From positions 384 to 64,383 of the forward strand of contig CAJEXQ010000011.1 in NCBI GenBank assembly GCA_903994635.1: DNA of 64,000 bases. Direction: 5' to 3'. A program made the translations under genes and the position numbers. This stretch comes from an uncultured Chlorobiaceae bacterium (GTDB taxonomy: Bacteria > Bacteroidota > Chlorobiia > Chlorobiales > Chlorobiaceae). Shown here piece after piece: positions 51,937 to 60,813 of this stretch (position 1 is its first letter; each line of letters starts with the position of its first letter). The notes under the pieces are model-generated. The model saw only the letters and a program-made list of their open reading frames with translations, ran no database searches and had not been told where the DNA came from.

Positions 51937-52917
51937 TCATAGCCCCAGAGTAACCAAATCGTGAATATGTACCATTCCCACAGGCCGCAGTTCACTGTCG
52001 CAGACCAGCAACTGCGTTATGCGCCAGGTCTCAAGAATATCAAGACACTCCTTGGCCATGGTATTGGTTGTGACAGTTTTCGGATTTGCGGTCATGACCG
52101 CCCCCGCACTGAGGCTTAAGAACTCCCCGCCTCTCTGTACCAGGCGCCGGAGATCACCATCGGTAAATATTCCTCGAAGATGACCATCACCATCAACAAT
52201 AGCGCTTACGCCATAACGTTTTGATGTCATTTCAAGGATAAGATCAGTGACCAAGGCATTTTCAGCTACGAGTGGTACCGCATTGCCCTTGGCCATAATA
52301 TCAGTCACCTTCACAGTCAGTTGTCGTCCGAGTGACCCTTTTGGGTGGGTCAGAGCAAAATCTCTTTGTGTGAATTTTTTTTGTTGCATCAGGCATATAG
52401 CAAGGGCATCTCCCATGGCCAGCATAGCCGTTGTTGACGTTGTTGGCGCCAAATCGTAGGGGCATGCTTCTTTTTCTATACCGGTATCGAGTGTGATGTC
52501 AGCGTTTTGGGCAAGAAAAGAGCGTTTGTTTCCGGTCAGTGCAATAATTTTAGCTCCGATTTGCCTGAGTGCCGGGATGATAAAATTCAACTCCTCCGTT
52601 GTGCCGCTTTTTGAGAGGCAGACGACAACATCATCATGACCAACAATACCCAGATCCCCGTGCGCCGCATCCGCTGGGTGAAGAAATAGGGCGGTTGTGC
52701 CGGTTGATGCCATTGTCGCCGCAATTTTCTGGCCTATAATGCCCGATTTGCCCATACCGGAGATGATAATTTTCCCCGTGCATGATGCCAAAAGTTCGAC
52801 TGCATCTGAAAAACTCTCTTCGAGCCGTCCAGCAATTAGAAGAATGGCTTCAGCTTCTTGCTCAAGGATTTTTTTTCCGGTTGTGGTTATAGGCCTGGTT
52901 TGGGATGGCTCGCTCAT
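51937..52917 (-). CDS. kdsD: Arabinose-5-phosphate isomerase (KpsF/GutQ family)
   Basis: GMGKSG, HPADAAHGDLG, EACP..LAPTTST, HPKGSLG and CBS domains. Confidence 0.93.
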   Translation of the reverse strand: MSEPSQTRPITTTGKKILEQEAEAILLIAGRLEESFSDAVELLASCTGKIIISGMGKSGIIGQKIAATMASTGTTALFLHPADAAHGDLGIVGHDDVVVCLSKSGTTEELNFIIPALRQIGAKIIALTGNKRSFLAQNADITLDTGIEKEACPYDLAPTTSTTAMLAMGDALAICLMQQKKFTQRDFALTHPKGSLGRQLTVKVTDIMAKGNAVPLVAENALVTDLILEMTSKRYGVSAIVDGDGHLRGIFTDGDLRRLVQRGGEFLSLSAGAVMTANPKTVTTNTMAKECLDILETWRITQLLVCDSELRPVGMVHIHDLVTLGL

Positions 52918-53039
52918 AGTCTTCTGGCAGAATAGATGCTTCGGTAAAGAAAATACGGGTGGTTACTATTTTGATTAACTGTAATATCGGCTAAATTGTG
53001 AAGATATTAGTTTCTTTGCTCAATCATAATCATTTTCCC

Positions 53040-53387
53040 ATGAGTTGGCTCGTCCTTCTTGTTCCCTCGTTTTTAGTTTTTTTTCTCTTTGTTTTTCTTT
53101 TTCGCAAGTTTGTGGGCTATATGAAAACAGAGCAGAATCTGGTCATAGAGTCGTTCAGGGATACGCTTATCGACAAGGATAACCCCGTCGGGCTGAACAA
53201 GGAGGAGCTTGAAAAACTCAAGCAGCAACAGCAGGAGGCTCAGCGTCATTTGAGCGATGTGATCTCAAGAATTCCCGTCATTCAAAAGGATGGAAGGTTT
53301 CAGATTGATGAAGAGGCGATTCGGCAGAGGAAAGCCGCAGCTCAAAGCAATGGAACGTCCGAGATGGTAGCAAATGATAATGTTTAA
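53040..53387 (+). CDS. Hypothetical single-pass membrane protein
   Basis: Hydrophobic N-terminus followed by a charged helical region. Divergent from kdsD and upstream of the flippase. Confidence 0.65.
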   Translation: MSWLVLLVPSFLVFFLFVFLFRKFVGYMKTEQNLVIESFRDTLIDKDNPVGLNKEELEKLKQQQQEAQRHLSDVISRIPVIQKDGRFQIDEEAIRQRKAAAQSNGTSEMVANDNV

Positions 53388-53409
53388 GGCCCTCTGATTT
53401 TTCTTCTGC

Positions 53410-54939
53410 ATGCTCTCAAAATTAAAGCTTCTTTTCAAGGATACTGTTATCTACGGTTCGAGCACTATTCTGGCCCGTAGCCTCAATTATCTTCTGGTAC
53501 CCCTTTATGCCAACAAACTCTCCACGTTTGATAATGGCATACAGACTATCATCTACGCCAATATTGCTATAGCAAATGTTCTTTTCTCCTATGGCCTTGA
53601 GACCTCCTATCTCAAGGTCGTTTCAGATTTGGCACATCGGGAGAGGGACGAAACGCAGCTTTTTTCAACGGCCTTTATCACGCTCTTTGTCACCTCAACG
53701 CTTTTTGCCGTTGCCATTGTCCTCTTTGCGCCGGTTATTGCTCAACTTATAGGGCTCTCTTCCGGAGATTTTCTCTTTGTGAGATATGCCGCTCTGATTT
53801 TATGGATAGATACCCTTCTGGTTATTCCGTTTGCAGAACTGCGTCTTAAAAGAAAAGCGGTGCAGTTTGCCATCGCCAGGGTCGTAGGGGTGGTCGCGGT
53901 AGTTGCAAGCGCCATTATACTAATTGTTCCTTTCAATGCTGGCTTGCCAGGAGTTTTTATTGCAGAGGCATTTGGTTCATTAGTCAGTCTTTTGCTGGTT
54001 ATCCCGGTTTTTTGTCAGTTCCGGTTTTTCTTTTCAAAAGAGCAGTTGCGCGATATGCTTCGCATCGGGTTACCCTATGTACCCACCGGGATTGCTGGCC
54101 TGTTGATTCATCTGATTGACCGGAACATTTTAATTCGCATACCATCTTTCGATATTGAGCGAATCTACGGTCAAGGCTATCAAGCCTCTGACATTGTCGG
54201 TATTTATGGAAGGATTGCCGCATTCGGGGTTCTTCTCCAGCTTTTTATCCAGGTATTCCGCTTTGCGTGGCAGCCATTTTTTCTGCAACATGCAAAAGAT
54301 CCCGATGCGAAAAGACTTTTTCAGCATGTGCTCAGTATTTCAACACTTTTCACCATGTTTCTGGCGCTTGCAGCCACCTTTTTTGTCCCTGATTTTGTTC
54401 GTTACCACTATGCTGGAACTTTTTACCTGCTTCCTCCCCGTTACTGGGTCGGGCTCTCAATTTTGCCTTGGATATTTTTGAGCTATGTGTTTGACATGGT
54501 CTCAACCAATCTGTCTGCGGGGCTTCTTATCACGGGAAATACTCGCTATCTGCCTGTAGTCACCTTTGCAGGTGCCCTGGTGACCGCTCTTTTCTGCTGG
54601 TGGCTTATTCCACGGAGCGGCATGGATGGCGCAGCCTATGCCATCGTTGCCGGTACGGCAGTCATGTGCCTTGTTATGGCTTTGTACTCCTTGAAAGTTT
54701 TTCCGGTACCGCATGACTGGCTGAAGCTCTCCCTGCTGCTCGTGGCGGGTATTGTGTTTGCAGTGTTGCAGTTCCACTTTGGAACTGAACTGCCTCTGGC
54801 AGAAATTGTTGTGAAAGTAGCCTTGCTCTCACTCTATCTTGCGATTGCCGTAGTGCTGTTTCGTCAGGAGGCAATGCTTGTTGCCGTTAAGGTTGGCAGT
54901 AAAATCAGTCGGAAAAAAGTGGTGAAAAGTAACATCTGA
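53410..54939 (+). CDS. Wzx/MOP-type polysaccharide flippase
   Basis: Many TM segments with KL.KDT.IYG, LLVPLY, IDR.L and VGIY...FAWQPF motifs. Confidence 0.85.
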   Translation: MLSKLKLLFKDTVIYGSSTILARSLNYLLVPLYANKLSTFDNGIQTIIYANIAIANVLFSYGLETSYLKVVSDLAHRERDETQLFSTAFITLFVTSTLFAVAIVLFAPVIAQLIGLSSGDFLFVRYAALILWIDTLLVIPFAELRLKRKAVQFAIARVVGVVAVVASAIILIVPFNAGLPGVFIAEAFGSLVSLLLVIPVFCQFRFFFSKEQLRDMLRIGLPYVPTGIAGLLIHLIDRNILIRIPSFDIERIYGQGYQASDIVGIYGRIAAFGVLLQLFIQVFRFAWQPFFLQHAKDPDAKRLFQHVLSISTLFTMFLALAATFFVPDFVRYHYAGTFYLLPPRYWVGLSILPWIFLSYVFDMVSTNLSAGLLITGNTRYLPVVTFAGALVTALFCWWLIPRSGMDGAAYAIVAGTAVMCLVMALYSLKVFPVPHDWLKLSLLLVAGIVFAVLQFHFGTELPLAEIVVKVALLSLYLAIAVVLFRQEAMLVAVKVGSKISRKKVVKSNI

Positions 54940-54945
54940 GGCAAG

Positions 54946-55431
54946 CTATGGTCTGTGAATCATTCTCATGGCGTGTTTACGCGTGACCATTCGGTCAAGC
55001 ACCTGTTTTAAAGAATCCCGTTGTTCAGGTCTGCAGACCTTGGCCAGCTCCTGAAAATGTAGAGCAAGTTCACGCTCCAGGGCAATATGGCGAGAGCCAA
55101 TACCTGATGCAATAATTTCAAGTTTTGCCTTGTCAGGGTTCTCTTTCAGCGATTCTTCCACCAGTTGTTGTTTCAGCAGTGCAATACTCTCCATCTCGGG
55201 TCTGACTTTGAGAAAATGCTGCCGACGCAGTTGACGGAACGAGAGCGCCTGTGACGGGGTGAGGGCCAGAGACTCCATAAACGCCGGATGAACTCCAAAT
55301 TGATGTCCCCCGGGTGTTGGTTGTACTTTGCAGGTATTCTGCCAGAAGAGCAGGCCGAGCAGTGTCACGTTAAACACAGCGAGGAGAACAAGAGCTGTTG
55401 TAACAAGGCGCTTTGAAGCGAGAAAGTTCAT
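54946..55431 (-). CDS. Spy/CpxP/ZraP-like periplasmic protein with an N-terminal anchor
   Basis: LALTPSQ and CRPEQR (LTxxQ-like) motifs. Confidence 0.75.
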   Translation of the reverse strand: MNFLASKRLVTTALVLLAVFNVTLLGLLFWQNTCKVQPTPGGHQFGVHPAFMESLALTPSQALSFRQLRRQHFLKVRPEMESIALLKQQLVEESLKENPDKAKLEIIASGIGSRHIALERELALHFQELAKVCRPEQRDSLKQVLDRMVTRKHAMRMIHRP

Positions 55432-55462
55432 GGTGTGGTCAGTGTCAGTTGTTTCTCATTAC

Positions 55463-55498
55463 AAAAAAGCAGGCATTACAGCCATAAGCCTGCTTTTT
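55463..55498 (-). terminator. Intrinsic terminator-like hairpin between the two spy-like genes
   Basis: AAAAAGCAGGC...GCCTGCTTTTT inverted repeat with A/T flanks. Confidence 0.6.
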
Positions 55499-55520
55499 CA
55501 TGGACGGTTGTTCAATAAAA

Positions 55521-55979
55521 TTATCTCGGTCTGATGCCTCGATTGCCCCGCAGAGGCAGATCATCCATCATGGTGCGCATGGAATCGCGCTGTTCGGGAG
55601 TCAGTATTGCTGAAATTTCTGCAATATGGGTGCTTCTCAGTCGTGCAAGTGTGGCATGTTGTTTGCCAACTTTTTCTGAGAGTAGCTCAACTTTTTTACC
55701 ATCAGGGTTGGCTTTCAGTGATTCCTCCTGCAGCTCACGCTCCAGAGTGGCAAGTTTTCTTCTTTCGACCGATACTTTTCGGAAATGATTTGACTGCAGC
55801 TCATCAATCTTCTCATTCTGTTTTTCATTCAGTCCGAGACGCTCATCCATCATGGTTACTCCGCACCCCTGCCCCCTGCCGCCGAATCCACCCATAGTGG
55901 GACACCCAGACACCGCCGAAGCACTGTTGAATCCAAGCAGCAATGCCGACGCAGTGAATACCATCAATCCTTTTTTCAT
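55521..55979 (-). CDS. Spy/CpxP/ZraP family periplasmic chaperone
   Basis: Signal peptide, Gly/Met/Cys-rich N-terminus, LGLNEKQ and ILTPEQR. Strong RBS AAGGAG. Confidence 0.85.
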   Translation of the reverse strand: MKKGLMVFTASALLLGFNSASAVSGCPTMGGFGGRGQGCGVTMMDERLGLNEKQNEKIDELQSNHFRKVSVERRKLATLERELQEESLKANPDGKKVELLSEKVGKQHATLARLRSTHIAEISAILTPEQRDSMRTMMDDLPLRGNRGIRPR

Positions 55980-56044
55980 CAGTTCTCTCCTTTTTGTTGT
56001 GTGTGTTGCCGTTACATGATAATCATGAGATGTTGAAACAGGGT

Positions 56045-56419
56045 TCAGGGTTTTTCGGGCTCATAAGAGGCGGTCTGGTCATAGTACCCAAATTCCTGAC
56101 TGGAATAATCATCACTCTGGTTATCTGCGAGCTGCCCAACAGTTGCCGCAGATTGGCCCTCCTCCGGTTTTATGATCAGAAGAGCTGACGCAAGATTGAC
56201 AAGCAGAAGCAGCACAATAAACGCCAACCCAAAATCAATGCGTGTACTGACCCGACCTCCCCCTTTCTGTACCAATTCCTCCTCCACTCTTCGCATGAGC
56301 CGCACCCTGAAAAGATGGTGAACCTCAAGATGCTCCACATCATCAAGCAACCTCATGGTTTCGGTTACCTCAGTCTCTACCTGTTCATGACACTTCTTCA
56401 TCATTTTCTCCTGTTTCAT
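56045..56419 (-). CDS. Putative single-pass anti-sigma factor
   Basis: Small protein with one TM helix directly downstream of the ECF sigma. Start placed at ATG 56419. Confidence 0.6.
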   Translation of the reverse strand: MKQEKMMKKCHEQVETEVTETMRLLDDVEHLEVHHLFRVRLMRRVEEELVQKGGGRVSTRIDFGLAFIVLLLLVNLASALLIIKPEEGQSAATVGQLADNQSDDYSSQEFGYYDQTASYEPEKP

Positions 56420-56465
56420 TGTATGTGACGACAGGTTTTTGTAAAACTTGCGGTTTCTTAAAAAA

Positions 56466-57008
56466 TCAATGTTCTGCATAGTAAGTGTAGAGCTTGTCGT
56501 GAAGGTTTTTTTTTGCCCTGTGCACAAGAGATTCTACCGCCGATACCGAGGTTTTGAGGATATCGGCAATCTCCTGATTACTGTAACCCTCCTGCTTGCT
56601 GAGGAGAAATGCGGTTTTCTGGCTGTCAGTGAGGGTATTCAGGGCATCCTGCAGTACTTTGGCGTGTTCGCTTCCGGCTAATGCTTCAGCGGGATTGTAA
56701 TGAGAGGGGGCGGCAATATCATCTGCCGGATCACTGATACCGATCATCCTCTTGAGCGAAGTGAACCGTTTTTTTCGGTTTCTATGGCGCAGGTGATCGA
56801 GGGATTTTGTGACAGCAATCCGGTATATCCACGTCGAAAGTTTGGACTCTTCACGAAACTGCTCCAGCGAACGGAAGAGCTCGACAAAGACATCCTGAGC
56901 GAGATCCTCGGCATCTTCACGGTTAAAGACAAAACGATAGCAGGTGTTGACCACCATTTCCTGATGTTCGGCCACCAAGCCCCTGAACAACTCATCCCTG
57001 GAGGTCAT
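56466..57008 (-). CDS. ECF RNA polymerase sigma factor
   Basis: Region 2 [10 protein letters not shown] and LSTWIYRIA; region 4 [25 protein letters not shown]. Start placed at ATG 57008. Confidence 0.93.
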   Translation of the reverse strand: MTSRDELFRGLVAEHQEMVVNTCYRFVFNREDAEDLAQDVFVELFRSLEQFREESKLSTWIYRIAVTKSLDHLRHRNRKKRFTSLKRMIGISDPADDIAAPSHYNPAEALAGSEHAKVLQDALNTLTDSQKTAFLLSKQEGYSNQEIADILKTSVSAVESLVHRAKKNLHDKLYTYYAEH

Positions 57009-57036
57009 CCCTGATCGCTTATGCTCGGCACTCTTC

Positions 57037-58419
57037 TCAGGCAAGCTTTGCTGCAAAGGCAAGTACCTTGTCAACTTTTTCCTGTGAGTCCGCTTCGCAA
57101 TAGATGCGCAATATTGGCTCGGTGCCAGATGGCCGTATAAGCATCCATCCGCCCTCAAAGTGATACTTGTAGCCGTCGAGATCACTGAACTTCAGTACTT
57201 TGTATCCGGCAATAGTTGCAAGTTCTCCCCCTGACGCACGGTCAATAATTGCCTGTTTTCTTTCATTGCTTACACGCAGATCAAGGCGATTGTAACAGAA
57301 AAATCCATACTCATCATACAACTCTTCAACAAGCTGCGAAAGAGTTTTATCCCGGCGAGTCATCATTTCAAGAATCAACAGTCCGGTATAGACTCCGTCG
57401 CGCTCAGGCAAGAAGGCTGTAATGCCTATGCCGCCAGACTCTTCACCACCCATAAGAATATCGTTGGTGGTCATGAGTTTGCTCACATGCTTAAAGCCGA
57501 CTTGCAGCTCATGCATGACAAGATTATGCTTGTGGCATATTTTGTCGATCACGTCGGTCAGGGCAAACGTCTTTGCAACCTCACCGGTTTTGTGTTTCTC
57601 CTCAACCAGATCCTTGAGAATGATCGCAAAGAGTTTATGAGAATCCACAAATGTGCCGTTTTCGTCAAGCATGCCAATCCGGTCGGCATCTCCATCATTA
57701 ATAATGGCAACATCCGGCTCCACCTCTTTGAAGAATTCAATAAACTCTCCTAAATACTGCGGCATTGGTTCCGGATTGATGCCACCAAAGCTGGGGTTGA
57801 TACTACAATGGTAGCAACTGAGCATTGATTCATCAAACAGGCTGGTGAACATATCCTGCCCGGCGCCATACATGGCGTTGTGGGCTATTTTTATTCTTGA
57901 TTCGCGTATCAGTGGAAGGTCAATGCTGCTTTTTAGATAAGTGAGATAAAAACCCTTCATGTCAACCAGCTCAATCAGTTTTTTGTCACCCTTGATCTCG
58001 GTTGCGGGGTCAATGAGCCCAAGGTTCTTCTCAATTTCAGCAATCACTTCAGGGTGTGCAGGGCCACCATAAGAAGCCTTGACCTTGAAGCCATTATAAA
58101 TGGCCGGATTGTGGGATGCTGTAATAACAATGCCTCCGGCAAGCTGATTTGCTTTCGTAAAAAGAGAGACTGCTGGTGTGGATGCAAAGCTGTTTGACAG
58201 ATAGACCTTGAGTCCCTGTGACGAGAAGATTTCGGCGGTATACTCAGCAAAATCTTTTGACATGAAGCGGGTATCGTATCCCACGCAGACTCCCTTTGCC
58301 CTGTTCGGATGGCCAAGAAAGTAGCGTGCGGAGGCAAGGGCAGCAAGCTTCAGGTTATCAAAAGTATAATCCTTGGCTATAATTGCTCGCCATCCATCAG
58401 TACCGAATTTAACTTGCAT
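57037..58419 (-). CDS. Phosphoglucomutase/phosphomannomutase family protein
   Basis: [28 protein letters not shown] and RPSGTEP motifs. Confidence 0.93.
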   Translation of the reverse strand: MQVKFGTDGWRAIIAKDYTFDNLKLAALASARYFLGHPNRAKGVCVGYDTRFMSKDFAEYTAEIFSSQGLKVYLSNSFASTPAVSLFTKANQLAGGIVITASHNPAIYNGFKVKASYGGPAHPEVIAEIEKNLGLIDPATEIKGDKKLIELVDMKGFYLTYLKSSIDLPLIRESRIKIAHNAMYGAGQDMFTSLFDESMLSCYHCSINPSFGGINPEPMPQYLGEFIEFFKEVEPDVAIINDGDADRIGMLDENGTFVDSHKLFAIILKDLVEEKHKTGEVAKTFALTDVIDKICHKHNLVMHELQVGFKHVSKLMTTNDILMGGEESGGIGITAFLPERDGVYTGLLILEMMTRRDKTLSQLVEELYDEYGFFCYNRLDLRVSNERKQAIIDRASGGELATIAGYKVLKFSDLDGYKYHFEGGWMLIRPSGTEPILRIYCEADSQEKVDKVLAFAAKLA

Positions 58420-58534
58420 TCTTTATTGAATTTGATATAATTAAACCTGAAGCTTTCCGCGCAATGATTACGAGAAATAAACAAACCATTATCAAGATAC
58501 AGATTCCCTGTCGTTCATCCAATTATCATCTTTT

Positions 58535-59680
58535 TTGATGACAAAGAAGCTTTTTGTATTAGCCGGTGAAGTTTCCGGAGATATGCATGCCGCAGGAGCC
58601 ATCGCTGAATTATTGAAAGCAAGGCCTGATGTTAAAGTTTTTGGCATAGGGGGTCAAAAAATTAGGGCACTTGGCGCGGATCTGCTCTATGATACCGCTC
58701 AGATGAGCATCATGGGCATGGTCGAAGTGATAAAACATTCAGGGTTTCTCCGTCGGGTTATTCGGGAACTCAAGGCGGCTGTGCTTCGTGAAAAACCTTC
58801 AGTTGCGCTTCTTGTGGACTATCCGGGCATGAACTTTATCATGGCTCGTTTTTTGCGTGAGCAGGGTATTCCTGTTATCTATTATATCTCTCCGCAGGTT
58901 TGGGCTTGGAAGGAGGGGAGGGTTAAGGCAATCCGGCGCGATGTTGACCAACTGCTTGTTATTTTTGATTTTGAGGTTGAATTTTTCCGTCGCCACGGCA
59001 TTAATGCGGAATTTGTCGGTCATCCCGTTATTGAAGAGCTTGCTGAACTTATATTTCCATCACGGGAGTGTTTTCTGAAGCAGCATTCGCTTGCCCCTGA
59101 AGCCCGTCTTGTGGGTCTTCTGCCGGGGAGCCGCAGGCAGGAGATTGCCTATATACTGCCGGAGCTTTTAAAAGCTGCCCGTCTGCTCAGTTGCGATGGG
59201 CAGGTGGCTTTTCTTTTCGGGCGTGCTCTGCATCTTGACAGGGATGTCTATAGCGCGTTGTTGGAATACAGTGATCTCTCCATTGTTGAGTGTTCCGCCT
59301 ATGAGGTGATGCAGTTCAGCGAGCTTGTGCTGGTGACTTCCGGCACGGCAACATTTGAGTCGCTCTGCTTTGGCGTGCCAATGATTGTGGTGTATAAAAC
59401 TGGCCAACTGAATTACCAGATTGGGCGAAAACTGGTGAAACTAAAGAACATTGCTTTGGCAAATATTGTTACCAAAGGGCTCTTGAGCAGCGACAGGGTA
59501 GTCCCCGAGCTGCTCCAGCATGATGCGAATGGAGAGGAGATATACCGCCAGGCACGGGTAATTCTTGATGACCCTGCGGTGGCTGGTGCGATGCGTCGTG
59601 AGCTGATTGCGGCACGGGCAAAACTTGCTGAGGTTTCGCCTTCACCCAGAGTTGCTGCTGTTTTGCAGGAATACCTTTAA
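58535..59680 (+). CDS. lpxB: Lipid-A-disaccharide synthase
   Basis: AGEVSGD, VDYPG, YISPQVWAW, LLPGSR..E and SGTA motifs. Confidence 0.96.
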   Translation: MMTKKLFVLAGEVSGDMHAAGAIAELLKARPDVKVFGIGGQKIRALGADLLYDTAQMSIMGMVEVIKHSGFLRRVIRELKAAVLREKPSVALLVDYPGMNFIMARFLREQGIPVIYYISPQVWAWKEGRVKAIRRDVDQLLVIFDFEVEFFRRHGINAEFVGHPVIEELAELIFPSRECFLKQHSLAPEARLVGLLPGSRRQEIAYILPELLKAARLLSCDGQVAFLFGRALHLDRDVYSALLEYSDLSIVECSAYEVMQFSELVLVTSGTATFESLCFGVPMIVVYKTGQLNYQIGRKLVKLKNIALANIVTKGLLSSDRVVPELLQHDANGEEIYRQARVILDDPAVAGAMRRELIAARAKLAEVSPSPRVAAVLQEYL

Positions 59681-59697
59681 CGAAATAAAAGACTCTC

Positions 59698-59985
59698 ATG
59701 GAAAAAACGCTTGCATACCTCACCAGTCATCCGGTATTTTTTGTTCTTGCGGTCATCATATCGGTGATGATTCTGTTCTCTTCGCTCAAAAAAATTGTGG
59801 AGCTTCTTCTCATGGTTGCAGCTCTTGTGGTGCTCTATGCAGCCTGGCTCCAGATCACCGGAGGTCATGTTCCGGAACTCTTCAAGAGTCTTGAACAAAC
59901 TATCGGGAACTGGTTCCACCTTCTTGGTGATCTGTTCACCTGGCTTTTCAGCTTTCTCAAGTTTCCGAAGAAGGGGATGGTGTAA
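59698..59985 (+). CDS. Small membrane protein of unknown function
   Basis: Two hydrophobic helices. Starts 17 nt after lpxB. Confidence 0.65.
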   Translation: MEKTLAYLTSHPVFFVLAVIISVMILFSSLKKIVELLLMVAALVVLYAAWLQITGGHVPELFKSLEQTIGNWFHLLGDLFTWLFSFLKFPKKGMV

Positions 59986-60004
59986 GCATGCTGAAGACTA
60001 CAAG

Positions 60005-60217
60005 TCACGCATACATCAACCGCCCCTTTGGTTCCGGCACTGGCCTGCCAAGAGAATGAGCGGTTTCGACCCACTCTTCAATAACTCTTTGAGCATTCGT
60101 TACGGCCTCTTCATAAGTCCCCCCATCAGCCATACACCCTGGCAGCTACGGAACTTCAACAATAAAAGCGTTGTCTTCATTGCTCCAGTAGATAATCACT
60201 TCGTATTTAATCGACAT
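60005..60217 (-). pseudogene. hicB: HicB family antitoxin with an in-frame amber stop at codon 24
   Basis: MSIKYEVIIYWSNEDNAFIVEVP*LPGCMADGGTYEEAVTNAQRVIEEWVETAHSLGRPVPEPKGRLMYA*. The TAG (60146-60148) replaces the E/D of the P-E-L-P-G-C motif. Confidence 0.85.
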
Positions 60218-60359
60218 TAGCATCTCCAAGTCTTCCCATACATGCTCTTCAAACCCGAAACAGATGTGGATCGGAAAACGTCAACACAGCCTCACACAAA
60301 TCAAGAGTGTTTTCCATCTTCCGACAAACACAATGTTTCAAAAGGAGCTACATCCATCA

Positions 60360-60584
60360 TTACCTGTGCTCCCACTCAATACCCCGCATCTGGTCGTACA
60401 GAACACTCAAGGCATTGAAGTTTTCAAGCAAGGTATCATCAATCAGTTGACTCTCACTGTCCATCAACGAATGTTCACACTCCTCTGCCATTAAATATGC
60501 CGAGATTTCATCGGCACACAGAGATTGCATATCCATAAGGTCATCAGCCTGGGTCAGAAATCCCTCTATTTGATTGCTGAACAC
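60360..60584 (-). CDS. Small acidic hypothetical protein (possibly a fragment)
   Basis: 74-aa ORF with a GTG start and no recognisable motif. Confidence 0.3.
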   Translation of the reverse strand: MFSNQIEGFLTQADDLMDMQSLCADEISAYLMAEECEHSLMDSESQLIDDTLLENFNALSVLYDQMRGIEWEHR

Positions 60585-60685
60585 TCCATTCTTGTCATTT
60601 TTATGGTTTAGCGAGTCACGTTTTACAACGACTCCAACAGTTTCAGGTAATGGAGATTGATGGTCTCAACAATGGCTTGTTCCCA

Positions 60686-60813
60686 TCAAGCAACACTGCT
60701 CTCAATCCCGAAAGAGATCGGTGATTTTTCATGCTGACTCACATGCAATATTGAAAATCCAATAACATTTCCATCACATCTTCATTCTCGGTCTCCTTGT
60801 CTCCCAATGTCAC
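60686..60813 (-). pseudogene. Probable DUF2283-family gene remnant
   Basis: Two minus-strand frames read ...KETENEDVME and DGNVIGFSILHVS...VA*, resembling DUF2283 proteins. No intact start. Confidence 0.45.

Noticed and set aside
60146-60148. hicB TAG as pyrrolysine or programmed read-through
   Set aside because: No pyl genes or recoding signal are visible, TAG is used as a normal stop elsewhere in the window, and a single GAG>TAG nonsense change is the simpler explanation.
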